From assembly GCA_973895155.1 (NCBI GenBank), contig OZ316893.1:930860-994859 (forward strand): DNA of 64,000 nucleotides, read 5' to 3'. Numbering within the stretch: the stretch's first letter is position 1; every line of letters starts with the position of its first letter. Source of the DNA: Marsupella aquatica. Its lineage: Eukaryota; Plantae; Marchantiophyta. A program made the translations under genes and the position numbers. Under the pieces are notes generated by a model. It did no database searches and was not told the origin of the DNA. It saw nothing but the letters and a program-made list of their open reading frames with translations. Positions 51,613 to 64,000 of the stretch are shown piece by piece.

Positions 51613-53690
51613 AGTGACAGACTCACAAAGAGGTAGTTTTGCACTCGCGACCAACTTTCAAAACCGACAGTCGAGATATTTGGGTCAGGAAAGTTTTTGC
51701 AGCCCTTCAGGTCTGAGAATCCTATTTCTTAGCATGAGGCACAAGCTGGCTCTTACAAGAGAGTTCCCCCCTCCCCCCATAGCAGGTCTTCATGTGAGAT
51801 CATAAATTTTATTTCCATGAGGCGCTTACAAGAGAGTTCCCCCCATAGCTGGTCTTCCAGGTGAAATAATGAATTTTGCTACCCATGAGGCTCCCCCATA
51901 GCCGCTCCATGTGAGATCCAAAAGTTTACTTCTGTTAATGCATGGCTCGGCATGGTTCTTACATTAAATTGAGTTCCCCCATAGCCGGTCCTTCATGTTA
52001 CTGAGTACTGGACACTGCTTGTAGAAGGGCGTCTCAAATACACTCATTTCTCTGCTTTGAGTGCGCCCGGGCTTGATGTGGTTTGGGACAACAATCATGA
52101 CTGGTTGGCATCGATTGCAAGGCCTGACCAGTCACGCCCGGGACCGTAAAAGGCCCCCATTTCACAATAAACACAAAAGCATTCAGTGTGTGATGAAGCC
52201 ACCCATTTCTCCGTACTCCCAAAAATAATTGCCCTGTTATACCTTGTTGCAGTGCTCGTGACAGCCTCGGGGGCCTCAGGTGAGGTGCCTGTCTTTCTAC
52301 ATATGAGACTCCCTTGTGGAGACCCATTTCATCCAGCCCTTTGTTTGTAAGCTGTTGCCCTCCTCACCATCAGACGCCCTAGGCCCCTAGTGGAGCCCAC
52401 TGGAGTACTCTCGAAATTCGAAAGCTGTCGCCCTACCTCCCTCAACTTCCCAACAACATCAGCACAACAACACCAGCACCCTCGTGACAGGCTCTGCTCG
52501 ATCGCGCCAGCCAGATGGTCTGAGCTTGTTGCCCAGAAGCCCCTCCTTTTTTCTGGACAGTCATGATTTGTTTTCTTTTTTGCCTTGAAAAAGTTTTCAC
52601 TTGAGCGCAGCTCGTGATGATCATCAATCATTCATTCTCATTGCCTCTCCACTGTATGCCGCCACTGCAGCTCGATTACTATTTGCTGGATTTTGACCTC
52701 CCTTCGAGCGAAGCCCATCCTATCCCATCCCAGCTGATCGTAGAACAAGTCTATGCCGTAAATCTCGTTTTCACCCGGCCCAGCCTTGTTTCCGCTGGCT
52801 TGCTTGATGATGTGGGTCCTGGGGGCAGGGCAGGGCAGGCAAGGTGAGGTATGGTCGGGTGGGTGGGGTGAAGCTACAATCTAGAGGCGTAGTTGATTAG
52901 TACGGTAGTAAGTTCTCTCACTTAAGCAGCAGTATGGCTCCACCATTCTTTCCGAGCCTTGTTGCCCTTTCTGCTGCGCTGCCGTTCATGAGGCGGTGCT
53001 CCTGTTGACAGTTTTGTCCGCAACAGTAGTGCTTTTGTTTGGTTGGATTCGTTCAGTTCGGGGCTTGGGTTGTAAGGTTTGACAAATCGTGGTCTCCATT
53101 TCCGTCTCTCTTTCTCTTCCGATCAATAGGATTGGGTTGAGTTTCTTTCGTTCATTTTTCGGTAATCTGCACTCCAGAGGGCATCATCGTCGTCGTCTTT
53201 GCGACGTCTGGAGCTTCGTCGCCGTTAGTGTCGATTACATTCATTGCATAGACGGCAGGGCCGGGGCCGTTTCTCAGACTTTGATTCCTCCATTTCGGGT
53301 ACGTCTTTTATTAGTCCGTTAAATTGTTTGATTAGAGCTTCCGACTCGTCCTCTGTATTTGGTGCGCTAAGGAATTACGTTCCGTTGAACAGCGTTGTAG
53401 CCCTTATTCTGTGCACATTTTGGTAGTTTAGTCGTACTTCATTTTGAATTTTACCAGATTCCATTTGTGATCAGCCTTTCCACGTCTGAGCTTTGCCCTA
53501 ACTTTGCTACATCTGCCGTTCGTCACATTGAGTCCCTGGATCGCTCATTTTGGTGTATTTCGTAACAACGCCTGCCTGCGTGTCAGATCTCCTCCCTTGA
53601 ATAATCATACATTCCGACAATTCTTTCCGGCCTGGTTCTCATGTCGTGGGTCGCTGTTTGATTGTTTGTTGATTTGCAGGGTGAAGTTTT
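51613..53690 (+). repeat. Right arm of inverted duplication; upstream region and 5'-UTR intron of the OEP40-like gene
   Basis: Inverse of 40821-42284, plus two segments absent from the left arm: the MITE at 52026-52314 and ~52741-53150. Acceptor TTTGCAG ends at 53679, 16 nt before the ATG. Confidence 0.93.
52026..52314. mobile_element. 289-bp MITE of the Harbinger family at 26140-32211
   Basis: Ends AGGGCGTCTCAAATA / CATATGAGACTCCCT. Internal ATGACTGGTTGGCATC...CCTGACCAGTCACGCC resembles the subterminal hairpin of the large element. The empty site in the left arm (41791-41800, revcomp TTGTAGTGGA) shows target AGT, and the flanks here are AGA/TGT. Confidence 0.85.
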
Positions 53691-53695
53691 TCAAA

Positions 53696-55210
53696 ATGAA
53701 GGTGTCACTGAAAGTGAGGGAGGAGCGGAGACCGATGGTACGAGCGAAGCTGCCGCTCAACGTGCTAGGCTTACCAGTTTTCACGGGCGTTACATCGGGA
53801 GACCAAGACGAGTTGGCACTGCATCTGGGAACTGATGTACAAGCGGGACCTTCATTTAGGGTCTCATATAAACCTAACAACGTGTTTTCTCCCTTCTCCG
53901 TCCTTGTCAAGACGGGATTTGGGCTGTGGGGGTCTCCTAATGGCGCAGCCTTGGCCATGTCTGCCGAGTTCGACCTCAATTCGAGCGGCTCCCCGTCCTT
54001 CTCCGTCAGGATGAAGCCCAAGTTTGGGGATTTCGGATTCCGGAAGGATACCGGACGATTCAAGGCTTCTTACGAGAACGTGGCGAGCAGAATAAGCAGG
54101 GGGACCAGCAGCAGCGGAGACAAGATGATAGCAATGGACAACTCGGGAGAAGAGCAGTCGCAGTTGAAGTCTCCCGAAGCAGATCTGACCATACAAGATG
54201 ACGACGAGCCTGATTCCCTTAATGTCTCTGCTAAAGGCAAGGGTCTCGCCAATGGTTTTGCTGGATCGTTCGTGACGGAGAAGGATGAGAGTTTAAGCAA
54301 CGGCATCCTAGAACAGGATAGTGAAAAGAGTGACAGTTTCGAGAAGTCCTCAGCAAATACTACCCCAGAAAAGGTGAAGAGGATCAGTGATCCTTCTCCG
54401 TCTGATGAGGAGGGTCTGCACCGCAGTGAGCAAGTGGGAGAGTCCAACAGAAATGCTGTAACCGGACCTATTAGTAGAGAAGTTGCATCTACAAGTGTTG
54501 GAGAGGGACTCATCGGATCTGCTGCGAAAGGGTGGAGGTTCAATGCACACTCGTCCCTGTCTCTCGGGAGCTGGGCGGTTGCAAAGGTCAGATGGCAGGT
54601 GAAGTTCGGCTCCAACTCTTTCCATGACGTGAGGCACGGGCTGCACATCACGGACATAAAGTTGCCAGCTCTGGCTGTGGATAAAGTCAGTTTTGAGGCT
54701 CTGAATCCCCACAGAAATCGTAGGTCAAGCACAGAGATGGATCTTGCAGGGTTGGGTTATGGATGCGATGATGGCTCACAACTGGGTAGAATAGCGTCAA
54801 TGTGTGCTTCGATGAGGTACCAGATCCAGTTACTGCATCTAGAGAATAAGTTTCTGAAGAGTACCATAGACGAGTGGAGGGGAGAATTGCCTAGAGGCAG
54901 AGGGCCTGGAAGCAAAGGGACCGACCTCATGCAAGAGGACACTGCCTTGCGATCACAAATTTTTGATGACCTTAATGTGAAATTGAATGGCGGCGGCAAC
55001 GGCAATGGGAAATTGAATGGAGGCAGTAGTGGCAAGACTAGAGATGGCAGATATGGTAAAGACGGGTTTTCTCATGGAGAGTCTCAGTCTGCTTCAAGGC
55101 CCAGTAGCGGGAAGGGGACAACTTCTACTGGAGAAGAATTCACGATCAGTAAGGATCCTTCAGAAGAGCTACAGAAGGCTATTTTGAACGCGACCGGTGG
55201 TGGACACTGA
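53696..55210 (+). CDS. OEP40: OEP40-like chloroplast outer-envelope beta-barrel channel (At3g57990 family), 504 aa, intronless CDS
   Basis: The N-terminus MKVSLKVREERRPMVRAKLPLNVLGLP...GPSFRVSYKPN...PFSVLVKTG.G..GSP...MSAEFDL...PSF...KPKFGDF matches the family as I recall it. So do VRWQV, KLPALAVDKV, the coiled coil QLLHLENKFLK and the C-terminal SEELQKAI. Confidence 0.82.
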   Translation: MKVSLKVREERRPMVRAKLPLNVLGLPVFTGVTSGDQDELALHLGTDVQAGPSFRVSYKPNNVFSPFSVLVKTGFGLWGSPNGAALAMSAEFDLNSSGSPSFSVRMKPKFGDFGFRKDTGRFKASYENVASRISRGTSSSGDKMIAMDNSGEEQSQLKSPEADLTIQDDDEPDSLNVSAKGKGLANGFAGSFVTEKDESLSNGILEQDSEKSDSFEKSSANTTPEKVKRISDPSPSDEEGLHRSEQVGESNRNAVTGPISREVASTSVGEGLIGSAAKGWRFNAHSSLSLGSWAVAKVRWQVKFGSNSFHDVRHGLHITDIKLPALAVDKVSFEALNPHRNRRSSTEMDLAGLGYGCDDGSQLGRIASMCASMRYQIQLLHLENKFLKSTIDEWRGELPRGRGPGSKGTDLMQEDTALRSQIFDDLNVKLNGGGNGNGKLNGGSSGKTRDGRYGKDGFSHGESQSASRPSSGKGTTSTGEEFTISKDPSEELQKAILNATGGGH

Positions 55211-56326
55211 GTGAAGCTGAAAACTGAATTTCTTGGTTTGTGACTGAAAATTTTAATGGTATGACATTGCCATGTGCAACAATTGTATATAGATATATAC
55301 ATGAATAGATAGATATGTGAGGTTGAGAAGGTCGAGTTCACTCCCAGGCAACCCGCCAGCATTTTGTATGCCAATCACTTCAGTTTGATTGCAGCGAAGA
55401 CAGCACACATTCCGACTCTATATCATGTAGCATAGCCTAATAACATAGTTAATTTTTGATGCTGGCCGTAGCGTGCCTGTCTGGAAATCTGAGAGAATGG
55501 TGTTTACAAGACAGTGGCTTGCAGTGTACCAGCGATAGGTACATATCCCTGGTCCGTCACCAGGACTCCCCAGTGTGAATCCTTGTACACTAAAACTCTA
55601 ATTGCGTGGGTATACGACCTTCCATCTTGGTCTTTGAATTCTCCCCCAGCAGTTCCTTCGATAAACTTCACACAAACAGACAAGATGTGTGCAAGAGAGT
55701 ATGTTACTCTTCACATCCGAGCCAGAGCTGACCACTTGAGCATCAGTCGTATGGTTCTATGTTTACTCAGTCATCCTAGTTCACAAAGCTAAGATAAACA
55801 ATTGAAAGTGTTATCTGCTGGGAGCGCTCAATCTATATTTTTGTCAATATGGCCCAGTACAGCTTTCATTCCATTATGTTTTAAGCGCTGGTGACTTTAT
55901 TGTGAAATTTGATTGGATTTCTGTGGCATTGGATCTGAGCATTTTCATTAGTCCTCTACGCTTCGACCGTTGAAGTCAAGGGTAGTCTCTTGAGCTACTC
56001 AAAACCAATATCATATTTCATCTTATCTGCCTCTACTGCACGGTAACTTATGGACAATTGGACCGGAGTCCGTGGGATTGCACCTGTGGGAGCTTCGATG
56101 GGCACAAGTGGACTGCAGCTGTAGAATATGTTCTTTGTCGTCCCTGCTTCCCAGAACGAATCTGAGCTTACATTTTGCATGTTCCCAAGTGATCCTTATC
56201 TGTTTTGTACGAGGGCTGGATTACAAGATCATTCCATCACTTTTCTGTGCATGATAAAAACAGTTTTTACCAAGCTACCCACACCAATTACCGCACATCT
56301 GAATGTGACTATGTACGGCGATGAAT

Positions 56327-56946
56327 AACACCCAGTGATATAAACAAAAGGATTAGGTTTATCATGGTATGGAGTAACACAATACACCATACATTGTCAC
56401 ACGTTAACCCAATACATCATATATTGTCACATTTTGATATACAATTAGCAACTGCAACACCTAGTGGTTTAAACACCTTAACCCAATACATCATATATTG
56501 TCACATTTTGATATGCAATTAGCAACTGCAACACCTAGTGGTTTAAACACCCAGTGATTTCCTTGGAATTAAACACCCAGTGATTTAAACACAAGGATTA
56601 GATTTATCATGGTAGGAGTGACATCCAATACACCATATATTGTCACATTTTGATATGCAAGTAGCAACTGCAACACCTAGTGGTTTAAACACCCAATGAT
56701 TTAAACATAAAGATTAGATTTATCATGGTATGGAGTGACACCCAATACATCATATATTGTCACATTTTGATATGCAATTAGCAACTGCAACACCTAGAGG
56801 TTTGAACACCCAGTGATTTAAATATAAGGATTAGATTTATCATTGATATGCAACTGCAATACCTAGTGGTTTACACATAAGGATTAGATTTATCATGGTA
56901 TGGAGTGATGAGTACACCATATATTGTCACATTTTGATATGCAATT
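56327..56946. repeat. Minisatellite, ~117-bp unit, about five full or partial copies
   Basis: AACACCCAGTGATTTAAAC...GGATTAGATTTATCATGGTA...CATATATTGTCACATTTTGATATGCAATTAGCAACTGCAACACCTAGTGGTTT repeated. Confidence 0.92.
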
Positions 56947-57554
56947 ACCATGAGTCAACCTCAGTCTTGAGTCCCCTTAGCCTGGAAACTGTATAGTCAG
57001 GAAATGTGAACACATACACCCTTGTGTCATCACATTCTGTGCCCAAAAGGCAGCTTTTGACAAGAGAGAGTATTGCATGGCGTCTGTTGTGCATAAGTGC
57101 ACCATGTATCAGTGCATTCCCTGGCCGGGTAACTAGAGGCTGGTTGTGTAGTCCCCTAATATTACAAGGTTTTTCTTTGTAAATGCACCCAAAATTGCAC
57201 TGCTTGTAAGTGCAAGTAGACATCACTACACAACAAAAGTATAAATGCATTTTTGTCTATAAGAGTACACATGCATTATTTTATCAGTTACCCCAATGCA
57301 TACGTGAGAAGCATTTATTGATAAGTGTAGAGTACAATGACATACACTAGTTTTATACACTTATCTAGTTGAATTGTGCAATATGAAGTTTGGCATATGA
57401 GGAGTCTGATGTGTATGACCTGAAAACAAAGCTGAGAAAGTGCATAGCAATTTCACATGCACTTATTGGATAGCATAATATGCATATAATATGGATAAGT
57501 GCATAAAGAATATCCCATGCACTTATGACATTCAAAACGTTGGTAATGCAGGCT

Positions 57555-57840
57555 TGGGGTGTCTCCTTCGGATGGCAGCACACAAGTACGTATCAACAAT
57601 GTCACCTTGGTCAACAAGCTGAGCCCACTTCCTACTCTCACTACCACGGATGAGAGGAATAGGACCAATGGAATCATCTGGGTATTCAACCATATTGAAA
57701 TCATCCCCAATCACCCACTTGCCTTGAGTGAGTCGAGAGCTAAGCCAATTTCACAAAACCTCCTACCATGTGTGCTCCCTGGTCGAGTGGGTGCATAGAG
57801 GGACCCTATGCTGAGAGGTGGCCATCGACCAGACATGTTG
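57555..57840 (-). pseudogene. LINE (L1/Tx1-like) APE endonuclease fragment
   Basis: IGSLYAP ... WVIGDDFNMVEYPDDSIG...GSESRKW..LVD..DIVDTYL, a variant of the APE GDFN motif; frameshifted. Confidence 0.7.
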
Positions 57841-58277
57841 CAAGCAATCACAGCTGATACAAGATGGAATTGGTCATTTCCATTCATTTAAAAAAACAAT
57901 TAAACATTGAGCAAAGTAAAGGTGACTCGAAAAGAAGGATCATAAGGTCTGATGTGATCTCCATCCAAACCTTGTAACTTAGATGGAATCTCAAAATCTT
58001 CTTGGTATGATAGTGAAGTACCTTTATCAAAAATCTATGTCATTCTAATTAATGCACATTTTTGTCGATCATTTATCATGCGAGCATAGAAATCCTCTCA
58101 GAGCCAAAGGTTTCTCATGCAGGCTTAGAAATCCTCTTTGAGCGGAAGGTTTGGGACTTAGGGCTGTCTTGCATGTGCAAGAGTCCTGAAAAATGCGACC
58201 CTTAGCAGCCACAGATATCGGGAAAAAGTGTGGACCCAGGATCTAAACACAATCAAGAACACCTTATGTGTGAAGTG

Positions 58278-58622
58278 TGTTAGGATTTACTCTTAGGTCT
58301 AGAGTTACGACTGTACCGTAGTTAAGGCTAACCTTAGTCGTAGACTTGGTTAGGTTAGTCATGCTGTGCACACTCTATAACCAAGCGGTGTTTGCTTGGA
58401 GAGGGGGAACTCAGGCTCATTGTTACGGAGCTAGTTGAGAGATAGAGAGAGCTTGCGCTGTGGATGCTTGGTATGGCCGATCGGCCTAGAGTGCGGTAAA
58501 GCTCATGTGTGTTCCCGTGGACGTAGCCTCATGTGGAGGTGAACCACGTATCTCTCTGTGTCGACTATTATGCGTTGGATGGTTCATGGGCTTGCCGTTG
58601 CGATTGTCGTCTATGCTCAACA
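58278..58622 (+). repeat. 5' LTR of copia element 2 (345 bp)
   Basis: Ends and U5 region are homologous to the element 1 LTR; it lacks the 18-bp array and is followed by the PBS. Confidence 0.9.
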
Positions 58623-61600
58623 ATTGGTATCAGAGCATGCCTGGGAGGTGACAAGGTTTTTTCGTGACAGTTTTCCAACGTTCATTTTTGGTGTTGCATT
58701 CGGAGTTTCATCGCATGAAACTCGAATGTGTGTGGCTGAGCGGATAGATTAGTGAGAGGGCTTTCTATCAGTGTATAGAACTCACTGGTTGGTATCTGTG
58801 GTGTGGAGGAATCGGAGTTTGCGTCGATCTGGAGTTTTTCGTGTTTGACGGTATTTTTTGGGGGAGACCAGAGCTCGTGTTTTTCAATGGGGTGAGATGT
58901 GCGGTGTGGGAGGCGTCGCATGTTATAGCTCAAGTTGGAGGTTGTGGCGAGCTGGTCATTTTGGTAGTTGAGTTGCTGCCGAGTGGTTATCGAGTGGGTC
59001 GTGACGATTGAAAGACATTCAGATTTTTTCACACGCTATGGAGCTTGTTCACATCTGAACCAGGTTTTCTCGTCACCGTGTCCAACTCGAAGGAAGAAAC
59101 GCGAAGTGCTACGGCTCAACGGTTTGATCGCGGCAAGGCGGTCGTTTTGAGTCTGGGATTGGCACTTGATGCGGAGAGAGTGAGTTGCGACGGAAGGTTC
59201 TTTTTTCCTCTACTGTGTGTGCAGAAGGCGCCGGTTCAATTCGGCAACTTTTCATGTCGGTGCACTTCACATTCTCAAGCTAAACGGCGATAAGGTTTGT
59301 AAAACGGCTTTTTCTGGTGTTTAATTTGGTTTTTTGGGGGTTAGTTTAGGGCTAAATTTTTTGTTGCCCGTTTCCGCCCCCTCCCTTCGCACATACGTCC
59401 TCCCGTCGTCCCCTCCCGCATACTCATCGTTGCAATTGCCTGCGCAGCGCCGACCGGTGCAAACGTAGCCACCCCGACCCTTGGCCCGGGTCGCATACTA
59501 GTAAACTGCTGTGAAGCAGCCACCCGCCGGTAGTCCCTCCCGCACCCTGCCCTTTGTGCCGGCCGCACCTCGCGGCGACAACGTTTCTCCCCGGCCCGGC
59601 CCTGCCTGCTGTGTGTACTTGGCAGCGTACCGCCGCCAGTACAAGCCCCCGCGCGTATTCCACCCCCGTCCCGGCCCTTATACACGCATTTTTGACAAAG
59701 GGGTTTAAACCCCCTTTTAAGGGCCAATTTTTGTTTTTTCCCAAAACCTCTTTCTATTGGCTATCCCGGGCCCGGTGACCCGGCGTTTTAACTGCTTGGA
59801 CAGGGGGAACGGCCCCCTGTGAGACCTATCGGACTGTGCGAGAATATTCCCAAAAAATAGAGAGCTGTTTTTCTCCAACAAAGATTCCGCGCGCCGAACG
59901 ATAACTTTTTCGGTTCTTTTTTGGCGAGGTCGTAGCCATTGAAGTTAGCAACGCGGCGCACCAATCGAATTGCAATTCTGACGATGGGTTGTACTTGGCA
60001 TTTTGGTTATTCCCTGAGGTGGTCAAAACGGGGGAGTTTCCCAAGGTTTTACCCACCCCGACCAAAATTTGAATAACTTTTCCGTCGAATTTTAATTTCA
60101 TTTTTGGTTTTCAGTATTGGACTCCTAGCTTTGTGGGCTACGCGGCGGTGATTAGTTTTGGGTTTTTTGAGAAGCTGTGAAAAACAACATTTTTTTGTGA
60201 TTTTCTCATATGAGTGATTCAGAGGAGATTTTCGAAGACGTGGAACTTGAAGCAAGAGGATCACCGCGGCAATTTGAGGGGGAGAGAGAGGAGCAGGAGG
60301 AAGAGCACGTGACACCGGTACCATCACCGGTGCACCGTGTGGTGGAGGAAGCAGTACTACTACCGGAGCTCACGATAGTGCCAAAGAAGAAGATGGGGAC
60401 TTTCAAGCTTGGGGGACCCAAGTATGAAGTGACAAAATATGATGGGCGCTCTGACTACTTGCTATGGGAGAAGCAGGTGAAGGGAGTGCTCTATGCGTTA
60501 GGGATGGGCCAACTGCTGAGCCCTCGTGAAGACGATGTTGATGAGAAATAATGGGACCGCATGCAGGAGCAGGGAGTGTGGTGTGTTACACTCTATCTCA
60601 TGCCTCCCATCATCAAGCAGTTGGGTGCACATAAGGATTGCATGTCCTTGTTTGTGGAATTGCAGAGCAAGTATCACTACAAGGAGTTGTCGAACTGGCT
60701 CTACACTTCCTACAAACTGATGAGTTTCAGGATGAAGGAATCCGGTACGAAGTTGCAAGACCATGTGGATGCTTTCAACGACATGGTCGTTGACTTGGAA
60801 AACTTTGGGGAGACTTTGAATGATGAGACGAAGGCTCTGCAGCTTCTCAGTTCATTGCCTCCATCTTACCAGTCCCTATCACGAGTGTTGTTGCATTGTG
60901 ATAGGGATACCATTTCATACAATGACGTGATAAGTTCTCTGCTAAGTGATGATCTTCAGCAGAAGATGCACATCACGTCACAGTCGTCATCATCTGGTGC
61001 TGCCCTCAATGTTAACCGTGGGAGGAGTATGCAGCGACCAACTGGGGACCGTAGAACCTAGTTTAGATCTAAATCCAGATCTAAGTCTAGGGGTAAATCC
61101 CCTCAGAGGAGGCAGGTGACATGTTGGAAGTGCAACCAAGTTGGACACTTCAAGCGAGACTGTAAGGGAAAGGCATACTTCATCGGCAAATGTGGCTAGG
61201 GCTGATGGAGAGGCTGATTACTCAATGATGAGTATGTATTATGAAGCCGGGGGTATGCCCTGTGCACATCATCTAGGAGAGCAAATGATGTGTGGATTCT
61301 TGATTGTGCTTGCTCTTTTCACATTTGTTACATTCGAGAGTTTTTCAGTTCTTACTCTATTTCAAACGGTTCAGTTATACTGGGAAATGATCACTCCTGT
61401 CAAATTGAGGGTATTGGGTCTGTGAAGATTCAAATGTTTGATGGCGCTGTGCGCACAGTGTCTGGAGTCAGGTATGTACCTGGCATGCGTAAGAATCTGA
61501 TTTCACTCGGTGTGACATTGGATTCAAATGGTCATCAATGGAGCGTTATTGATGGTGACCTTCAAGTCAGGTCAGGAGAGATTGATTTTGAAGGGGAGCA

Positions 61601-64000
61601 GACAAAAGAATTTGTATTTATTGTAGAACAATACTGTATGTGGAGAAGCCAATGTAACCAAGTCTCACGAGGAGATGACTCAACTGTGGCATTCACGGCT
61701 AGGCCACATGAGTGAGAAGGGTTTGGCTATCTTACGGAAGAATGGACTCATTTCTGATTTGCAATCTTGTAAATTAGAGTTCTGTGAGCATTGCATTCTT
61801 GGAAAGCAGCATCGTCGTGCTTTCGATGTTGGAACTCATCGTTCCAAAGCGGTTCTTGAGTACATACATATAGTGACGTGTGGGGTCCATCTCCGACTCC
61901 CTCACACTCTGGAAAGTTGTACTATGTATCATTTATTGACGATTACTCAAGATTTGTGTGGATTTATTTTATGATGCATAAGTCTGATGTCTTTTTCATT
62001 TTTAAGAAGTGGAAGGCCCAAGTGGAGAATCAGACTGGAAACACGGTCAAGTGTTTGGATACAAGGGTGAAGAGTCTGAGGTCAGACAACAGCGGGGAGT
62101 ACACTTCAGTGGAATTTGAAGAGTACTATTCAGAACAGGGAATAACTCGCCATCTCACCACAGTTTATACTCCGCAGCAGAATGTGTCGCTGAGAGGCTC
62201 AATCGGACACTGTTGGAGCGGTCATAGAGTATGTTGAGCCAATCAGGTTTACCACAAGAATTTTGGGCAGAAGCTATCAATACCGCAACTTATTTGGTAA
62301 ATCTTTCTCTTTCTAGTGCTGTCAATTTCAAAACGCCGTTTGAGATGCGCTATAAGCGGCAAGCAGACTATCATGGCTTGGTAGTTTTTGGAAGTGATGC
62401 ATATGCTCTCACACCGAAGCAAAATAGGACCAAGTTGGATCCTACCTCCAAGAAATATGTTTTTCTTGGGTACCAGAGTGGTGTGAAAACCTATAGGCTA
62501 TGGGATCCTATTGCCTGTAAGCTCGTTGTTAGTAGGGATGTTTCCTTCAATGAATCCAGATTATTAAAGGAGGGGGAGAATACTCAGGTCTCCAATACTG
62601 ACAAAGGAAAATCTCCTAGCCCGGATCTCGTTGAGGGGGAGATTGATCATGAGATGCATGACCGGAGAGAAGGAGTTGCTCCAATTATGGAGTTGGTTCC
62701 TATGCCAGAGGAACCAGAGGAGTTTGTTGATACTGGTGAGCAACAAGTGGATGCTGCAGAGCTTCAAATTGTACCAGCACACGCAGATCAACCGGAGTCA
62801 TCGGCTAGAAGAGCATCTGGTCACACTGTACGCGCTCCACCAAGGTATGGACAGTGGGTTGATTCATCTCAGTTGCAAGAGGAGAATTTTGTTACTGACG
62901 ATGAGGGTAATGCGTTGATTTTGGAAGAAGGTGAACCTTCTTATTTCATGAAGCAAGTGCTTCAAAAGAGAAGCAAGAGTGGACTGCAGCTATGCAAACG
63001 AAGATGCAGTCACTGAAGGACAACAAAACTTGGAAGCTTGTCAAGCTGCCTGAGGTACAGCAAGTGATGGACAACAAGTGAATATACAAGCTGAAGGATC
63101 AGTCCACAGGAGGTGGATCGAAGGTCTACAAGGCTAGGTTGGTAGCCAAGGGATTCACACAGGAAAAAGGTATGGATTACAATGAGGTCTTCTCACTAGT
63201 TGCTAAGTACTCAACAATACGGCTACTGTGTGTGCTTGTTGTTATGTTTGGTCTGCTGCTAGATCAGATGGATGTTGTTATAGCTTTCCTCTATGGCACC
63301 TTGGAAGAGGTGATCTTCATGAGACAGCCGCTAGGTTTTGTGAAGAAAGGGCAAGAGGATTTAGTTTACAGATTGCTGAGATCCTTGTACGGGTTGAAGC
63401 AATCACCAAGACAGTGGAATAAGCGGTTTGATGATTGGATTCGTGCACAAGGCTTTCACAGGAGTGTGTTTGACCCATGTGTGTATCTTAAACCGATGAA
63501 GAATGTTGTCTTTGGGTTCATTGTTTTAGTACTTTATGTGGATGACATGCTAATTACAGCCAAGGATAGGTCTGAGATTGTTAAGCTCAAGGCACTGCTT
63601 AGTGCAGAGTTTAAGATGAAGGACTTAGGGCCAGCTAAGAGGATTTTGGGTATGGAGATCACTAGGGACTTGGAGGCTGGCAAACTATGGTTGACGCATA
63701 GCAGTTATGCGAGGAAGGTAATTGCAAGGTTCAACATGGGGAATAGCAAGCCAGTAAGTACCCCGTTGGCTCCACACTTCAAGTTATCATCAGCTTTCTA
63801 TCCTACGGATGACACTGCGAAGGGATTGATGTCAAAGGTTCTGTATGACAAGGCAGTGGGGAGTCTCATGTATTTGATGACTTGCACTAGACCTGATCTT
63901 GCCATGGATATGGGCAAGGTGAGCAGGTACATGTCAAATCCAGGGAAGGTACACTGGGAAGCAGTGAAGTGGATTATTCGGTATTTGAAGGGTACCGTGG
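58278..64000 (+). mobile_element. Second Ty1/copia element of the same family, degraded and running off the window end
   Basis: 5' LTR 58278-58622 (TGTTAGG...GCTCAACA) and PBS TGGTATCAGAGC at 58625-58636. The gag start is at 60210, with stops at 60549 and 61059. The pol region is closely similar to element 1 but has many frameshifts. Confidence 0.96.

Noticed and set aside
53504-53695. 64-aa N-terminal extension of the OEP40-like ORF
   Set aside because: It starts at a non-ATG codon and lies in pyrimidine-rich sequence ending in a 3' splice acceptor; family similarity begins at ATG 53696.
53605-55374. Several long minus-strand ORFs
   Set aside because: Antisense shadows of the OEP40-like CDS.
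56327-56946. CRISPR-like appearance of regularly spaced repeats
   Set aside because: The whole unit repeats with no unique spacers, the context is eukaryotic and there are no cas genes; it is a minisatellite.

Overview
Repeat-rich nuclear DNA of a land plant, probably a bryophyte such as a liverwort (my inference; it has GT-AG introns and C->T erosion of repeats). Three host genes are supported: a single-exon Cys-motif protein (34683-35636, +), an 11-exon MiaA/IPT9-type tRNA isopentenyltransferase (37194-40633, -) and an OEP40-like plastid outer-envelope channel (53696-55210, +). IPT and OEP40 point away from each other, and each lies directly downstream of one arm of an inverted duplication of the same upstream/5'-intron sequence. 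Mobile elements include a 6.07 kb PIF/Harbinger-type transposon (17-bp TIRs, AGT target duplication), a MITE derived from it, two Ty1/copia elements of one family, a LINE endonuclease fragment and small MITEs. The Harbinger element carries a transposase, a Myb/SANT-like gene and, unexpectedly, an RPA70-like OB-fold/Zn-ribbon gene plus two more ORFs. Both copia copies keep an in-frame UGA followed by hairpins at the gag-pol junction. The first ~26 kb is mostly eroded repeats and sequence I could not assign. All family calls are from motif recognition by eye; no searches were run.
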